Positions 17,698 to 27,955 of a stretch of DNA of 64,000 nucleotides are shown piece after piece (the first letter of the stretch is position 1; each line of letters opens with the position of its first letter). This stretch comes from a virus. The DNA lies in IMG/VR virus record IMGVR_UViG_3300044627_003356. One strand, written 5' to 3'. Made by a program: the position numbers and the translations under genes. The notes below the pieces were generated by a model. It worked only from the letters and a program-made list of their open reading frames with translations. It made no database searches and had not been told where the DNA came from.

Positions 17698-18684
17698 TTA
17701 ATGAGCCCAAACTTCACCCCAATTTCCTGACAAAGCTCCTTTTGCATAATCAGTTGCTCTATTCTCAAAGAAATTAGTATGTGTTGGTGCGTTAATCATT
17801 TCTTCTACCCATGGTAGAGGATTCTTTTTCACTTTAAACACACCTTTAAGACCCAAAGAGATTAGGCGGCGGTCTGCAATATAACGAATATACTTCTTAA
17901 CATCTTCTGAAGATAAACCTTCCATTTGATTTACGCCAAATGCTAGGTCAATAAACTTATCTTCTAGTTGTACCATTCTTTCAGCAATGGTATAAATTTT
18001 TCCTTTTAGTTCATCATTCCAAATTTCACGATTTTCTTCTATGTATGTTCTAAACAATTTAATCATAGATTCTGCGTGTTGTGTTTCATCAACAATCGAC
18101 CATGTGATAATCTGTCCCATACCTTTCATTTTACCATGACGAGCAAAATTCAACAACATAATGAATGAACTGAATAGTTGCATACCTTCGGTAAAGGCTG
18201 AGAACACGGCAATATGTGTTGCGGTATTCTCTCTGGTGGTATTCTTACTGGAGATATCCATCACATAGTCATGTTTCTCTCTCATGGCTTCATACTCTAG
18301 GAACTCATTGTAAGTGGTTTCAGGTAGACCTAGTGTTTCAATCAGGTGTGAGTAGGCGGCAATATGTAACGCTTCTCTGGCAGCGAATCCTGTAAGCATC
18401 ATACGAACTTCAGGTTGTGGAAAGTATGGTAGATAGTTCTTAACATAACCACCAGCCACATCAATATCACCTTGTGTAAAGAAACGGAAGATTTGTGTTA
18501 GAAATGTTTTTTCTTCTTTGGATAATTTCTTCTTCCAATCCTTTACATCTTCAGCCATAGGAACTTCGGTATGTAACCAATGAGATTGTTCATGTTTTAA
18601 CCAAGCATCATAAGCCCAAGGATAATTAAAGGGTTTGAAATAGTTGCGTTCTTCCGATAGATTTGATTCTACTTTTTTTATCAT
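17698..18684 (-). CDS. nrdB: ribonucleotide reductase class Ia beta subunit
   Basis: EALHIAAY, EG..LFSSF, DETQH iron ligands; NFFENRATDY. Confidence 0.97.
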   Translation of the reverse strand: MIKKVESNLSEERNYFKPFNYPWAYDAWLKHEQSHWLHTEVPMAEDVKDWKKKLSKEEKTFLTQIFRFFTQGDIDVAGGYVKNYLPYFPQPEVRMMLTGFAAREALHIAAYSHLIETLGLPETTYNEFLEYEAMREKHDYVMDISSKNTTRENTATHIAVFSAFTEGMQLFSSFIMLLNFARHGKMKGMGQIITWSIVDETQHAESMIKLFRTYIEENREIWNDELKGKIYTIAERMVQLEDKFIDLAFGVNQMEGLSSEDVKKYIRYIADRRLISLGLKGVFKVKKNPLPWVEEMINAPTHTNFFENRATDYAKGALSGNWGEVWAH

Positions 18685-18702
18685 TATTGTTTTCCTTTAA
18701 AA

Positions 18703-20493
18703 TTAACCTTCGCAAGCCAAACATTCGTTGCCTTGTGCAATAGCACTCATATCTAATTCTTTAATCACTTCTCTTTCAATTTTTCTGGCAACTTTGTCTG
18801 CTTTACCAATCTTTTCAGAACGACAATAGTATAGAGTTTTCAATCCTTTTTTCCATGCAAGAAAATGACAGGCATGGAGATACTTCAAATTAACATCTGG
18901 TCTAAAGAATAAATTAAGTGATTGTGCTTGGTCAATATACTGTTGTCTATCAGCAGCCAATTCAATCACCCATCGTTGGTCAATTTCCATTGATGTTTTA
19001 AATACATCTTTATCATGTTCAGACATCCATTCTAAATGTTGAACAGAACCATCATTTGCAATAATAGAGGACCAAACATCATTATACCAATCTTCTGGTT
19101 TATCATGTGATAGTTTGATAATCAATTCGTCCAACCAACGATTTTTATTTAAGAAAGAACCCGATAAAGTATCTTGACGGTAAGCATTTGCACGGTAAGG
19201 TTCAATAGAAGGACTAGTATTGCCCATAATAATGGAAGAAGAAGCATTGGGAGCAATAGCCATGAGATGACTAAAACGGTTACCAGTACCACTTGCATCT
19301 GGAGCTTCGCCTCTTTCCATACCCAATTGTTTGTTAGCTTCATTTAATCCCTTTCTGATACTACTAAAGATTCTGTTGTTGGCTACTTTTGCCATAACTC
19401 CCTCAAAAGCAATTCCGTTACGCTGAAGATAAGCATGGAACCCCAAAGCACCGATGCCAATGGAACGCTCTCTTTCAGCGGAGTATCTAGCACGAGCGAT
19501 AGCATCAGGAGCATTAGCAATAAAGAAACTAAGCACATTATCGAGCATTTCAGCAACATCTTTAAGAAAGAGAGGTTCGTTTTTCCACTCATCGTATGTT
19601 TCCAAGTTTAAAGAAGATAAACAACATACAGCAGTTCTTTCTTCGTTTGTTGGTAGAATAATTTCAGAACATAGATTTGATTGGTGTACCTTCAAACCTT
19701 TATCTTTTAACCATTGTGGCAAATGATTGTTACTTGTATCAATGTAATGAATGTATGGTTCGCCTGTCATCATACGAAGCTCTAGAATTTTCTGCCAGAG
19801 TTCTTTTGCTGATACAACTTCACGCACTTCACCGGAATGTGGATCTTTTAATTCCCAATCATCTTTTGCTTCAGGATCCAACATACACGTTTCAATGATT
19901 TGCATGAAGTCATCGGTGATGTTGATACCATGATGTAGATTTAAACAACGAACATTAGGATCGCCTGTCGGCTTCCGCATCTCTAAGAAAGAGATAATGT
20001 CTGGATGAGAAATACTGAGGTAAGCAGCATAACTGCCCCTGCGAGTACGACCTTGCCGGTATGCCAAAGAACTGGCGTCATAGATTTTGAGGTGAGGCAT
20101 GACACCAGTAGATTTATCGTCTGCTGAACGAATACCAAAGCCAATGCCAACACCACCCCCGAGCATAGAAAGCCAATTAGTTTCTGATAGGTTATCAACT
20201 AGTCCCTCCGCAGTATCTTCAATATAATTAAGGAAGCATGATATAGGCATACCACGCTTACTACGACCAAAAGAAAGAATGGGAGTAGAATAACTGAGCC
20301 AATGTTTACTGCTGTAGTCGTATAATCTCTGTGCGTGTTCCGGATTGGAACTAAACGATTTTGATACAAATGCGAATCTGTGTTGTGGGGATTCTTCATC
20401 TTCCTTCATGTAACTTTCTTTAAGTCTTTTAATTCCAAGTTCATCGAATAATTTATCTTTTTCTAAATCTATCTTGATACCTAGGTATTCCAT
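18703..20493 (-). CDS. nrdA: ribonucleotide reductase class Ia alpha subunit (no ATP cone)
   Basis: SNLCSEI, APNASSS, KTLYY, C-terminal CxxC. Confidence 0.97.
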   Translation of the reverse strand: MEYLGIKIDLEKDKLFDELGIKRLKESYMKEDEESPQHRFAFVSKSFSSNPEHAQRLYDYSSKHWLSYSTPILSFGRSKRGMPISCFLNYIEDTAEGLVDNLSETNWLSMLGGGVGIGFGIRSADDKSTGVMPHLKIYDASSLAYRQGRTRRGSYAAYLSISHPDIISFLEMRKPTGDPNVRCLNLHHGINITDDFMQIIETCMLDPEAKDDWELKDPHSGEVREVVSAKELWQKILELRMMTGEPYIHYIDTSNNHLPQWLKDKGLKVHQSNLCSEIILPTNEERTAVCCLSSLNLETYDEWKNEPLFLKDVAEMLDNVLSFFIANAPDAIARARYSAERERSIGIGALGFHAYLQRNGIAFEGVMAKVANNRIFSSIRKGLNEANKQLGMERGEAPDASGTGNRFSHLMAIAPNASSSIIMGNTSPSIEPYRANAYRQDTLSGSFLNKNRWLDELIIKLSHDKPEDWYNDVWSSIIANDGSVQHLEWMSEHDKDVFKTSMEIDQRWVIELAADRQQYIDQAQSLNLFFRPDVNLKYLHACHFLAWKKGLKTLYYCRSEKIGKADKVARKIEREVIKELDMSAIAQGNECLACEG

Positions 20494-20510
20494 GTATTCG
20501 CCTTGCTTTG

Positions 20511-21155
20511 TTATTGTGTTATAAATTCTTGAATCATCGGGAAAACCGGTTCAATTGCTTTAGCACAAGCCAATGCAATTTCACGATGTTCCTTTTGGGT
20601 ACCTTTTTCACTTCGTAGTTGTATATAGTGAACCCAAGACCTCAGAGTTCCATTCATATACAACCTTGAAACTGTAATGCCTTCAGGCAATACTGCTCGT
20701 GCCTGTTCTTTTGCAATACCGTGTTCAATAGCCCAACGATATGCTCTCTCTGCTGCTACGATAACATAATCTTGTTGTGTTTCCCAATTTAATTTCAAAC
20801 CAACATTATCCGTTTCAATACTATTTTGTCGATTCTTTTCATCTTGCAGTCTTGCTTCTTTAAATTCAAAGCCCAAATCTGCTACTGCATATCTTTGAGA
20901 AAACTCTTGGAATGAAAAGGAACGATGTCGTAATATTTGCCTTGCTATATCTCTTGTAGTTTCAATTTCTAAACATATATTCACCATTTCAAGTGGCGAC
21001 CAATGTTGATGCTTAATTAAATAACGGACCAACTTTTCAGCTGTGTCGTTACTATTTTGATTTGATGGATTTGAAACTCTAGCAGCATATGCAACTTGCT
21101 CTAATAAATTTTTACCATCTGTTCCTTGTGTGTATGATATTAATTTTACATTCAT
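20511..21155 (-). CDS. thyX: FAD-dependent thymidylate synthase
   Basis: HWSPLE and RHRSFSFQEFSQRY signature. Confidence 0.97.
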   Translation of the reverse strand: MNVKLISYTQGTDGKNLLEQVAYAARVSNPSNQNSNDTAEKLVRYLIKHQHWSPLEMVNICLEIETTRDIARQILRHRSFSFQEFSQRYAVADLGFEFKEARLQDEKNRQNSIETDNVGLKLNWETQQDYVIVAAERAYRWAIEHGIAKEQARAVLPEGITVSRLYMNGTLRSWVHYIQLRSEKGTQKEHREIALACAKAIEPVFPMIQEFITQ

Positions 21156-21158
21156 AAC

Positions 21159-22172
21159 TTAAACCTTCTTCCAATTCACCAATTCTGCTTTTGCTCTTAA
21201 ATTAACAAATGTATATTTACTTATGATATCTTGAATTTCATCTGGTGAGAACCCATCTAGTATCATATCATTAATGTCTTTAGATTCAATCATTTCTGGC
21301 CAAATCACTACTTGATAATGTTTTTCTATCGCTTCATCAATTTTTTTAACTATCTCTTTATTACGGGGTTCATTATCAAACACCAATGTAACTTTGGACT
21401 TATCGTATATCGACATGATTGATTCCAAGTTACTGTCTGCGGTAGCCACAGCATTGTCTAGGAACATACTGTCAATAGGACCTTCCACCACATATATCAT
21501 CTTCTCCTCGTCTATCCTATCAAGTCCAAAGAACTTGTGGTTATCTTCGTGAAGTTTGATAGTGATGTATCTTAGTTTAGATTCACCTAGTGCTCTCCCT
21601 TGAACAGCGACCAAGTTCTTTTCTTTATCATAAAACGGTATGACGAGCCGATTGTCTTTCTCTTTAAGGTTTGTGTTCTCAATCCCAAGACTTTGTATGA
21701 AGGCTGCGAAATCTTCCGCATAGTATAGTTGCGAGAAAAAGTCCTTCGGAATCCGTCTTTGCTGAACATAGACTTTAGCAAAATGCGCTTCTGGTAAAGA
21801 GTCGATAGATGGAAGATCCAATGACTTTTTGAATGTCGGTTTCTCCGTTTTGAATTCTTCAAATTCTGGAGTTTTATGGTCGCTTTTGTTGTTATCACCA
21901 TTTTTATATCTTTCTAAAGCATATTCTTTTATAAGTGTTGGGTCAACTTTGTCCAAAAAGTTATAAAATGAAGTTGAAGCACCACAGTTATGACACATAT
22001 AAAAGTAGTCATTCTTTTTGCGATAAACATAACCACGAGATTTGGTTTTATTTTTCTGTGAGTCGCCACAGAGCGGACACCTAAAATTATAAAGGTCTTC
22101 CTTCTTTTGGGTAAACCTTTGTAATTTTGGCGAAATGCGGAGCAGAAAAGCTCTGTCAATAAAAACACTCAT
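21159..22172 (-). CDS. gp61: T4-like DNA primase
   Basis: CPLCGDS/CHNC zinc finger, VEGPIDS, KDINDM TOPRIM motifs. Confidence 0.95.
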   Translation of the reverse strand: MSVFIDRAFLLRISPKLQRFTQKKEDLYNFRCPLCGDSQKNKTKSRGYVYRKKNDYFYMCHNCGASTSFYNFLDKVDPTLIKEYALERYKNGDNNKSDHKTPEFEEFKTEKPTFKKSLDLPSIDSLPEAHFAKVYVQQRRIPKDFFSQLYYAEDFAAFIQSLGIENTNLKEKDNRLVIPFYDKEKNLVAVQGRALGESKLRYITIKLHEDNHKFFGLDRIDEEKMIYVVEGPIDSMFLDNAVATADSNLESIMSIYDKSKVTLVFDNEPRNKEIVKKIDEAIEKHYQVVIWPEMIESKDINDMILDGFSPDEIQDIISKYTFVNLRAKAELVNWKKV

Positions 22173-22197
22173 AATATATTTAATCTAAATTGTAATA

Positions 22198-22620
22198 CTA
22201 TTTAAGGAATTTGCTTATTGTATCAGGATTTACATGAGAAATCAACCATGAGATAGCAATAATACCACCGGCAACCATCCACTTCCATTTGAGTAAAGCA
22301 TCCAAAGCATCTTTCTCTTGTTTGTTATGTTCACTCATATCTTTACGGAGAGATTTGAATTCATCCATAATTTCTTTGTTTGAAGATTCCATCTTATCCA
22401 AAACGGTATCTATTCGCTGATGAATTTCTTTGATATCGGTTTCCGTTTCTAATCTTCGTTTGTCCATGTCCGTATATACCTTTGCAATATGGCGGTCGTG
22501 TTGGTCCACCAGTTTTTCTATAATCTGGTCCATTTTATTACAAAGTGCAGATAAAGTCAATACTTGTGTTTTTAAAACACCAATATCCACTTTAATGTCG
22601 GTATCGTCAAACTCTGCCAT
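22198..22620 (-). CDS. coiled-coil protein with C-terminal TM helix (possible holin-associated)
   Basis: long heptad region then WKWMVAGGIIAISWLI. Confidence 0.65.
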   Translation of the reverse strand: MAEFDDTDIKVDIGVLKTQVLTLSALCNKMDQIIEKLVDQHDRHIAKVYTDMDKRRLETETDIKEIHQRIDTVLDKMESSNKEIMDEFKSLRKDMSEHNKQEKDALDALLKWKWMVAGGIIAISWLISHVNPDTISKFLK

Positions 22621-22812
22621 TTATTTCTTTTCTGGTACTTTTGTGCCTTCTAATTTCTTATGCACTTTTATTTCTTTACAAACTTCTTTTTCTTTACCAG
22701 TTTTTTGGTCTTTCTGCACCACGCAAGCCTTTTTAGTTTCAGCTGCATATGCAACTTGATAACCAACAGCAGACCAAATAACGAGATTGAGTGCAATTAA
22801 AAACTTTTTCAT
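22621..22812 (-). CDS. small secreted protein
   Basis: signal peptide ending AYA, Cys pair. Confidence 0.7.
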   Translation of the reverse strand: MKKFLIALNLVIWSAVGYQVAYAAETKKACVVQKDQKTGKEKEVCKEIKVHKKLEGTKVPEKK

Positions 22813-23033
22813 TTCTGTTCTTCCTTTTTAGCAAATTTTTCTGAGGCAGTAAATCCTAATCCCGCAATCACCAAGTATATCATTGAATCAAATAATGATG
22901 TGGTTACTTTATAACCATGTATGTCAGCAATAAAACCATAAACACACACAATAAACGCCAATAATGTAATAACCCTCTTACTACTAACAGAGCCATTAAC
23001 ACCATCAGATAACATACTATTTAACCAATTCAT
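22809..23033 (-). CDS. small two-TM membrane protein (holin-like)
   Basis: start moved to MNWLNS; SSKR then two TM helices and charged tail. Confidence 0.65.
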   Translation of the reverse strand: MNWLNSMLSDGVNGSVSSKRVITLLAFIVCVYGFIADIHGYKVTTSLFDSMIYLVIAGLGFTASEKFAKKEEQK

Positions 23034-23034
23034 T

Positions 23035-23559
23035 TCATAACTCTGGTTGTGGTGGTTGAACAGGTGCTGGTTTACCACCAAATCCCGTTACAACTCCCGG
23101 TGTAAATGGTGATGCTGTTGGTGTTGCGGTAAATTGATTTGTGTTGCCACCAAACGAACCAGTAAACTGTGATGTATTTCCACCAAAGCTTGTTGATGAA
23201 CTTGGTGTAGATGGTGTGGTTGGTGCAGGCGATACTGTTGTTGGTCTATTAGCCAATTCTAATGCTCTTTTTTGTGCATCCTTATCACCACCAGCCAACA
23301 TGATACCTGACAATGTACCAGTCAAGAATGTGGCGATAGGTACAATCAACTCAAAGAACTTTTGGTCGATTGGAGAAATAGCGTTGAGTGGTTGTGTTAC
23401 AAAAATTAAAGAATACAACACAACGAATACAATACCAAACAATGTGAGTGTCAAACAAATACCAATGAAAAACTTCAGTCGAGCCATCAACTGCTCTTCT
23501 GTATACATGAAATCTGTTTCTGGTTGTTTTTGTTCTTTGTTAAATAAATTCATTTGCAA
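23035..23559 (-). CDS. membrane protein with low-complexity tail
   Basis: two TM helices; repeated SFGGNTxQFT. Confidence 0.75.
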   Translation of the reverse strand: MQMNLFNKEQKQPETDFMYTEEQLMARLKFFIGICLTLTLFGIVFVVLYSLIFVTQPLNAISPIDQKFFELIVPIATFLTGTLSGIMLAGGDKDAQKRALELANRPTTVSPAPTTPSTPSSSTSFGGNTSQFTGSFGGNTNQFTATPTASPFTPGVVTGFGGKPAPVQPPQPEL

Positions 23560-23825
23560 TTCGCTCCGGTTACTGTTGGTGTTGGTGTTTTTTGTGCGAG
23601 TGACTTATCTCCAGCAGGACCAACTCTTGGATCATTTTGACCTTTAAAAATATGTTCCGGACAAGTTCTAGTTACATCACACCATGGTAATTTACATATA
23701 TCTTTATCCCAATTTGCTGGATCTTGGCATGGATATCGAAATCTATCACCACTAAAATAAGCCAACGTTAAGGGCAATAATAATATAAACAAAATCCACT
23801 TTAATAACTTCTTATCATTCATCAA
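23550..23825 (-). CDS. small exported Cys-rich protein
   Basis: N-terminal TM/signal; FRYPCQDPANW..C..PWC...TC. Confidence 0.7.
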   Translation of the reverse strand: MMNDKKLLKWILFILLLPLTLAYFSGDRFRYPCQDPANWDKDICKLPWCDVTRTCPEHIFKGQNDPRVGPAGDKSLAQKTPTPTVTGANCK

Positions 23826-24448
23826 TGAACTCCCAATACATGAAGTGCGTGTTCATAATGTTTAATTCTATCTTCAAGTCCAATGGTACCACCATTAATA
23901 CGCTTTGTTAATGTGAGAATGTCGCCTTTATCAGCCCATTGGTTTAGATTGTTTGTTTCCCAGAACCAACAAGCAGATTGTGCTGCACCTTCAAATGTTT
24001 GTAAATATTCAGATGCTTCTTCAACAGGTACTTCAATTGAGGCAGCAAACCAAGAATAGTTCTCTTTGCCTGTCAATTGAATTAGGCCACGACCACAATA
24101 TCTGAAACCATCACCAGAAGCTTCATCACCATTACCCATACGATTAGCATAGATACGATTTGCAATTGCTTCTTGTTTATTTGGTTTGTTTGCATACTCA
24201 TTGGCCAATTCATCTGTTGGAAAATACTTGGCAAAGAGTTTACGCAAAGTCGGCGCACGATAATTTAAATTCTCTTTGAGAAATACAAAATTACCGGATT
24301 CGTGAGCGCATTGTGCTATGAAGGCAGCAATGCGTTGAGGTGTATTGATACCATAATCGGGTAACAATTGTGACAATGCATTGTGCCATTGGTCAATGTA
24401 TGGATTCTTTGGAAGCAATTGCTTCAGTTGATCTTTTGTCAGTTCCAT
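23822..24448 (-). CDS. glycoside hydrolase family 19 endolysin
   Basis: FIAQCAHES, ENLNY, GRGLIQLTG, TKRINGG motifs. Confidence 0.92.
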   Translation of the reverse strand: MELTKDQLKQLLPKNPYIDQWHNALSQLLPDYGINTPQRIAAFIAQCAHESGNFVFLKENLNYRAPTLRKLFAKYFPTDELANEYANKPNKQEAIANRIYANRMGNGDEASGDGFRYCGRGLIQLTGKENYSWFAASIEVPVEEASEYLQTFEGAAQSACWFWETNNLNQWADKGDILTLTKRINGGTIGLEDRIKHYEHALHVLGVH

Positions 24449-24561
24449 TATTTCTTGATCATTCCTAAAATTTTAGCTTTAATTGCTTTAGCCCAAAAAG
24501 GTTCTGGAAAATGCCAACCTACAAATGCGCCAACTAAAACCCAAAAAAGTGTATCTACCAT
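24448..24561 (-). CDS. small membrane peptide (37 aa)
   Basis: hand-translated MVDTLFWVLVGAFVGWHFPEPFWAK...; GGGG RBS. Confidence 0.6.
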   Translation of the reverse strand: MVDTLFWVLVGAFVGWHFPEPFWAKAIKAKILGMIKK

Positions 24562-24573
24562 TTTTTATTCCCC

Positions 24574-24780
24574 TTATGCCATTAAAGAAGCTGCACTAAT
24601 AGCAGCGTTGATGATTAAATTTAATTGCTCTTTTAATGCCAATCCTTCAGCATCGTCAGCAATACCTTCCATAATATTAATGCCTTTCAGCAATTCGACA
24701 TATTCTTCTTTACTAACTAATCCATCGGCCAACATTTTATTGTATTCAATGATGTAAGCATTTAATTGTTCTGGTGTCAT
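24574..24780 (-). CDS. hypothetical protein
   Basis: 68-aa ORF coupled to upstream lipoprotein gene. Confidence 0.7.
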   Translation of the reverse strand: MTPEQLNAYIIEYNKMLADGLVSKEEYVELLKGINIMEGIADDAEGLALKEQLNLIINAAISAASLMA

Positions 24781-25181
24781 CTTGGTTTGCTCCCTAGTAC
24801 ATGTTGAATTGTATCAGCTGATTTAACAATCTGTTGTAGTTTTGCTTTACAAAAAATTGGTGAAATCTTTTCTGCTTTGTTAAAATAATCTCTTGTATCT
24901 TTTGTCAATGTCAATAACTTGGTTGACATATTATCCGTATCTTTATTTCTTGGTATATGAGATGTAAAATTCTTAAATTCTAAAGTTTTAATATACAAAT
25001 CATTTACCTGTGCAACAACTAATAATTGATTGCCACAATTTTCTTCGGCAACTTGTGCTTTTGTTTTAATATCATTAACAATGAAGTATTCGTTAGTGTC
25101 ATACTTGGCCATAAAGTAGGCATCAAATAAAGTACAACCACTTAACAATACAACAAAGGCCAATGGTATTAATTTTTTCAT
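24777..25181 (-). CDS. lipoprotein
   Basis: lipobox LSGC after signal peptide. Confidence 0.8.
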   Translation of the reverse strand: MKKLIPLAFVVLLSGCTLFDAYFMAKYDTNEYFIVNDIKTKAQVAEENCGNQLLVVAQVNDLYIKTLEFKNFTSHIPRNKDTDNMSTKLLTLTKDTRDYFNKAEKISPIFCKAKLQQIVKSADTIQHVLGSKPR

Positions 25182-25615
25182 TAATTACACCATGATTGCT
25201 TTGCATCACCAAAGTATTCACGAGCAAAACCATTTTGAATTAGACCTGTGCGTAATGATTGTCCATCTAAAATGATGTCACCTAAGACACGGCCACCAAA
25301 TTTATCCCAGCTATACAACACAACTTGACGCTTGGTAGATTTTGCAATGGCGGCTTTTGTAAATTCAGTAGCGGCCTTGCCACGGGTATCTTCGGAAGGA
25401 CATTGAGCTCTGTGTCCTTTTTCTGGAGTATCCACACCGAATATTCTAACGGCAAGTTCGGGTTTAAGTGGTGCTGGTAAAAAGGGAGCCGCTATGACCA
25501 CAGTATCGCCATCAATCATGCGGACAATCTGTGCATCATAGGTTACACCTTGCGGAGTTTTTTGTGCCATCACCAACATTGGCATTGCAAGTAATACAAG
25601 TAGTAGTTTTTTCAT
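25181..25615 (-). CDS. exported thermonuclease (SNase family)
   Basis: signal peptide; IDGDT, RIFGVDTPE, DKFGGRVLG motifs. Confidence 0.9.
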   Translation of the reverse strand: MKKLLLVLLAMPMLVMAQKTPQGVTYDAQIVRMIDGDTVVIAAPFLPAPLKPELAVRIFGVDTPEKGHRAQCPSEDTRGKAATEFTKAAIAKSTKRQVVLYSWDKFGGRVLGDIILDGQSLRTGLIQNGFAREYFGDAKQSWCN

Positions 25616-25905
25616 TTTACACTATCAAATATTTGTTTCTGTTGTTTATACCATAACTGCCATGCGTTATATCTATCTTGTAACTCATAATACAGTCCGT
25701 AATTCTCATTAGCATTTTGTAACAGGTCTGCTAATGTCTTTTTATCTTCACTTAGAGGCTTTAGAACCGGAGCGGGCTCCATTAGCACTTGAGGAGCCTC
25801 TGGAAATTTTTGGCTCAACGGCACGGTTGTAGAGCATCCAAGCATCATCAGACAACTCACACTTAGAATTAATAGCTTCTCTCTTTGCTTCAATATCCCT
25901 AGCAT
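25612..25905 (-). CDS. o-spanin (Rz1-like lipoprotein); exact start uncertain
   Basis: lipobox MLGC, Pro-rich mature N-terminus, overlaps 3' end of i-spanin in another frame. Confidence 0.75.
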   Translation of the reverse strand: MLGILKQREKLLILSVSCLMMLGCSTTVPLSQKFPEAPQVLMEPAPVLKPLSEDKKTLADLLQNANENYGLYYELQDRYNAWQLWYKQQKQIFDSVK

Positions 25906-26242
25906 TTCTATTCACCTTCTCTTTAATCAACTCTTTATTTTTACTAACTTCATTTGCCAACTTTTCATTGACCTTTGCAGATTTAATTTCTGCTTCTTTT
26001 ATCTTTGCTTGCATTTCGGCTATTCTAGCACGATATGACATTTCTGTGGCATATCCTCCTTCAAAGAATACACCAATCACTAATAATACTATACCCAATT
26101 GTCTGCCAACCAAAGCGTATGGTTGAACCATAGGTATAAATCTAACAAATGATCCTATAAATGTTAATACAAGTCCAAGAATGACTAGACCATGTATTGC
26201 CCATTGTAAAATCCAATCAGGAATGAATGACAAGAACCACAT
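25748..26242 (-). CDS. i-spanin (Rz-like)
   Basis: N-terminal TM helices, periplasmic coiled coil, overlapping lipoprotein gene. Confidence 0.75.
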   Translation of the reverse strand: MWFLSFIPDWILQWAIHGLVILGLVLTFIGSFVRFIPMVQPYALVGRQLGIVLLVIGVFFEGGYATEMSYRARIAEMQAKIKEAEIKSAKVNEKLANEVSKNKELIKEKVNRNARDIEAKREAINSKCELSDDAWMLYNRAVEPKISRGSSSANGARSGSKASK

Positions 26243-26243
26243 A

Positions 26244-26789
26244 TTAAGCCTTTGGAGGTTTTCTCCTGATGGACATCATAACAGGACTCTTTCTTTTCCT
26301 TCTATTAACAGCACTAGCACTAATGGGATCGGTAGACGTTGCAACACCAGTTACATTCGTTGGTCCTGATGAACCACCTATTGCACCATCTTCATCTATA
26401 ACTCTCATTGACCATTCTTCTTCACCTTCTAAAACTGGAATATCAATTTCTTCAGGTACACAATTAGGTACCATACGGTCACCTTTTTTCTTCATACCTC
26501 TGGCAACATAACCTCTCCAACAGGCTTCAAAAACGTTTTCAGTTTTTACATTAATTGGTGCACCACGGCGTTCTGGATTAGGATCTTCTCTACGCTTTCT
26601 ACGAGCAGCTGAAGCACGGGCATCTTTACCAATGGCGTGTGCTTTGGCTTGAGGTAAACACTTTGGTTTGCCTTCGCCTGGTTCTCTCGCACAATCACCT
26701 TTGATATTACCTTTAGTGTCCATGCGAACCCACTTTTGCTTAAACCATTGGCGTAAATCTTCACCAAGGTATTCTTTAAAAGATTGCAT
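26244..26789 (-). CDS. putative internal head protein, modular
   Basis: start MQSFKEYLGE resembles T4 capsid-targeting sequence; LRQWFKQKW, KPKCLP and CWRGY...VPNCVP modules. Confidence 0.7.
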   Translation of the reverse strand: MQSFKEYLGEDLRQWFKQKWVRMDTKGNIKGDCAREPGEGKPKCLPQAKAHAIGKDARASAARRKRREDPNPERRGAPINVKTENVFEACWRGYVARGMKKKGDRMVPNCVPEEIDIPVLEGEEEWSMRVIDEDGAIGGSSGPTNVTGVATSTDPISASAVNRRKRKSPVMMSIRRKPPKA

Positions 26790-27109
26790 TAGCAGTTCCA
26801 CTTTCTTAAAGCTTTATTGATACGGCTATCTGGATCATTTGCTGTCTTAGCAGAGGTTAATCGTTTCTTCATGCCACCCATACGAGCACAAAATGATTTT
26901 CTACGATTGGCTGATTTAGAACCTGGTTTTAGTTTAGACGGCTTTGTTGTGACAGCCATAGATAATTTGGAACCTGGATTTTCTCTACGATAAGAGGCAA
27001 TACCTTTACGATTCAGTCCACCCTCTGGATCTTTACCTGCAGAACGTTGCCATGCTGGAGATTTTTCATCCAAGTATTCTTCGGTTACAAACTGTTTGAA
27101 TGTTTTCAT
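26789..27109 (-). CDS. putative internal head protein (DUF6321-like)
   Basis: MKTFKQFVTE N-terminus; GGLNxKG, RRKSFCARM, WNC motifs. Confidence 0.75.
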   Translation of the reverse strand: MKTFKQFVTEEYLDEKSPAWQRSAGKDPEGGLNRKGIASYRRENPGSKLSMAVTTKPSKLKPGSKSANRRKSFCARMGGMKKRLTSAKTANDPDSRINKALRKWNC

Positions 27110-27492
27110 ATTTGCCTCAATATCTCTGCGACATTAACATCTATTTGTATTTCTACGACCGAAATGTTTTTACCTCTAATACCGTAAACCATTTCTGGTA
27201 CAATGTTCAAATATGACAAGAAAGTTTTGAGTATATCATAATCTCTCTCGTCTATCTTATAGAATAATATTCTAGCCGTTGCTTCAGGACCAAAAACATT
27301 ATTCAATAAAATAATATGATTTAATATTAATCTCTCTTTAAGAGATTTAGTAATTTTATATCTACGAAACAAACGCTTCAAATATTTTGTTCGTTTAATA
27401 TCGCTCTCAAATTCAGACATAATACAATGTGGTGCATCGTAGCACTTTACCGCATATATCAAAAAATTATCATCATTTAAATCATCAATCAT
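27106..27492 (-). CDS. conserved T4-like hypothetical protein
   Basis: YDxPxC, LKERLILNHIIxLxNVFG motifs. Confidence 0.8.
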   Translation of the reverse strand: MIDDLNDDNFLIYAVKCYDAPHCIMSEFESDIKRTKYLKRLFRRYKITKSLKERLILNHIILLNNVFGPEATARILFYKIDERDYDILKTFLSYLNIVPEMVYGIRGKNISVVEIQIDVNVAEILRQI

Positions 27493-27496
27493 TATA

Positions 27497-27955
27497 TCAT
27501 TCTTCTTCTATGTCTGGTTCCTCTGAAGAAAGATAATCATCTAACTCATTTTCATCAGATATCATCGCTTCAACATCATAGTAACCATTATCATTCATTT
27601 CATAAGAAAAATAAAAATAATGTTGAACTTCATCCAAATTATTCATCTTCTCTACTGTGCCATTTAATTCGGCACCCGAGCGAGCACCGAATTGATCTAT
27701 ATGCACAATTTCTTCACCCATATCCAAATCGTGAAATATTACTTTAGGGAGAGTTATGCCAAATAAAACTAAAACTTTACTTACACGATTCCATGCTGAA
27801 TATGGATTTATATTGTTTCCTGCTACAGCTAATGCTAGGTTGTGATTCAACTCTTGGCGGGTTGTCTTGTCCGCCAAGTTTGAACCACTCTTTTCAATGT
27901 GTGCGATAGGAAATGAATCATGTCCTTCTGCAACAAATTGCTTAAATCCTAACAT
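27497..27955 (-). CDS. putative head-associated protein
   Basis: MLGFKQFVAE capsid-targeting-like start. Confidence 0.65.
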   Translation of the reverse strand: MLGFKQFVAEGHDSFPIAHIEKSGSNLADKTTRQELNHNLALAVAGNNINPYSAWNRVSKVLVLFGITLPKVIFHDLDMGEEIVHIDQFGARSGAELNGTVEKMNNLDEVQHYFYFSYEMNDNGYYDVEAMISDENELDDYLSSEEPDIEEE

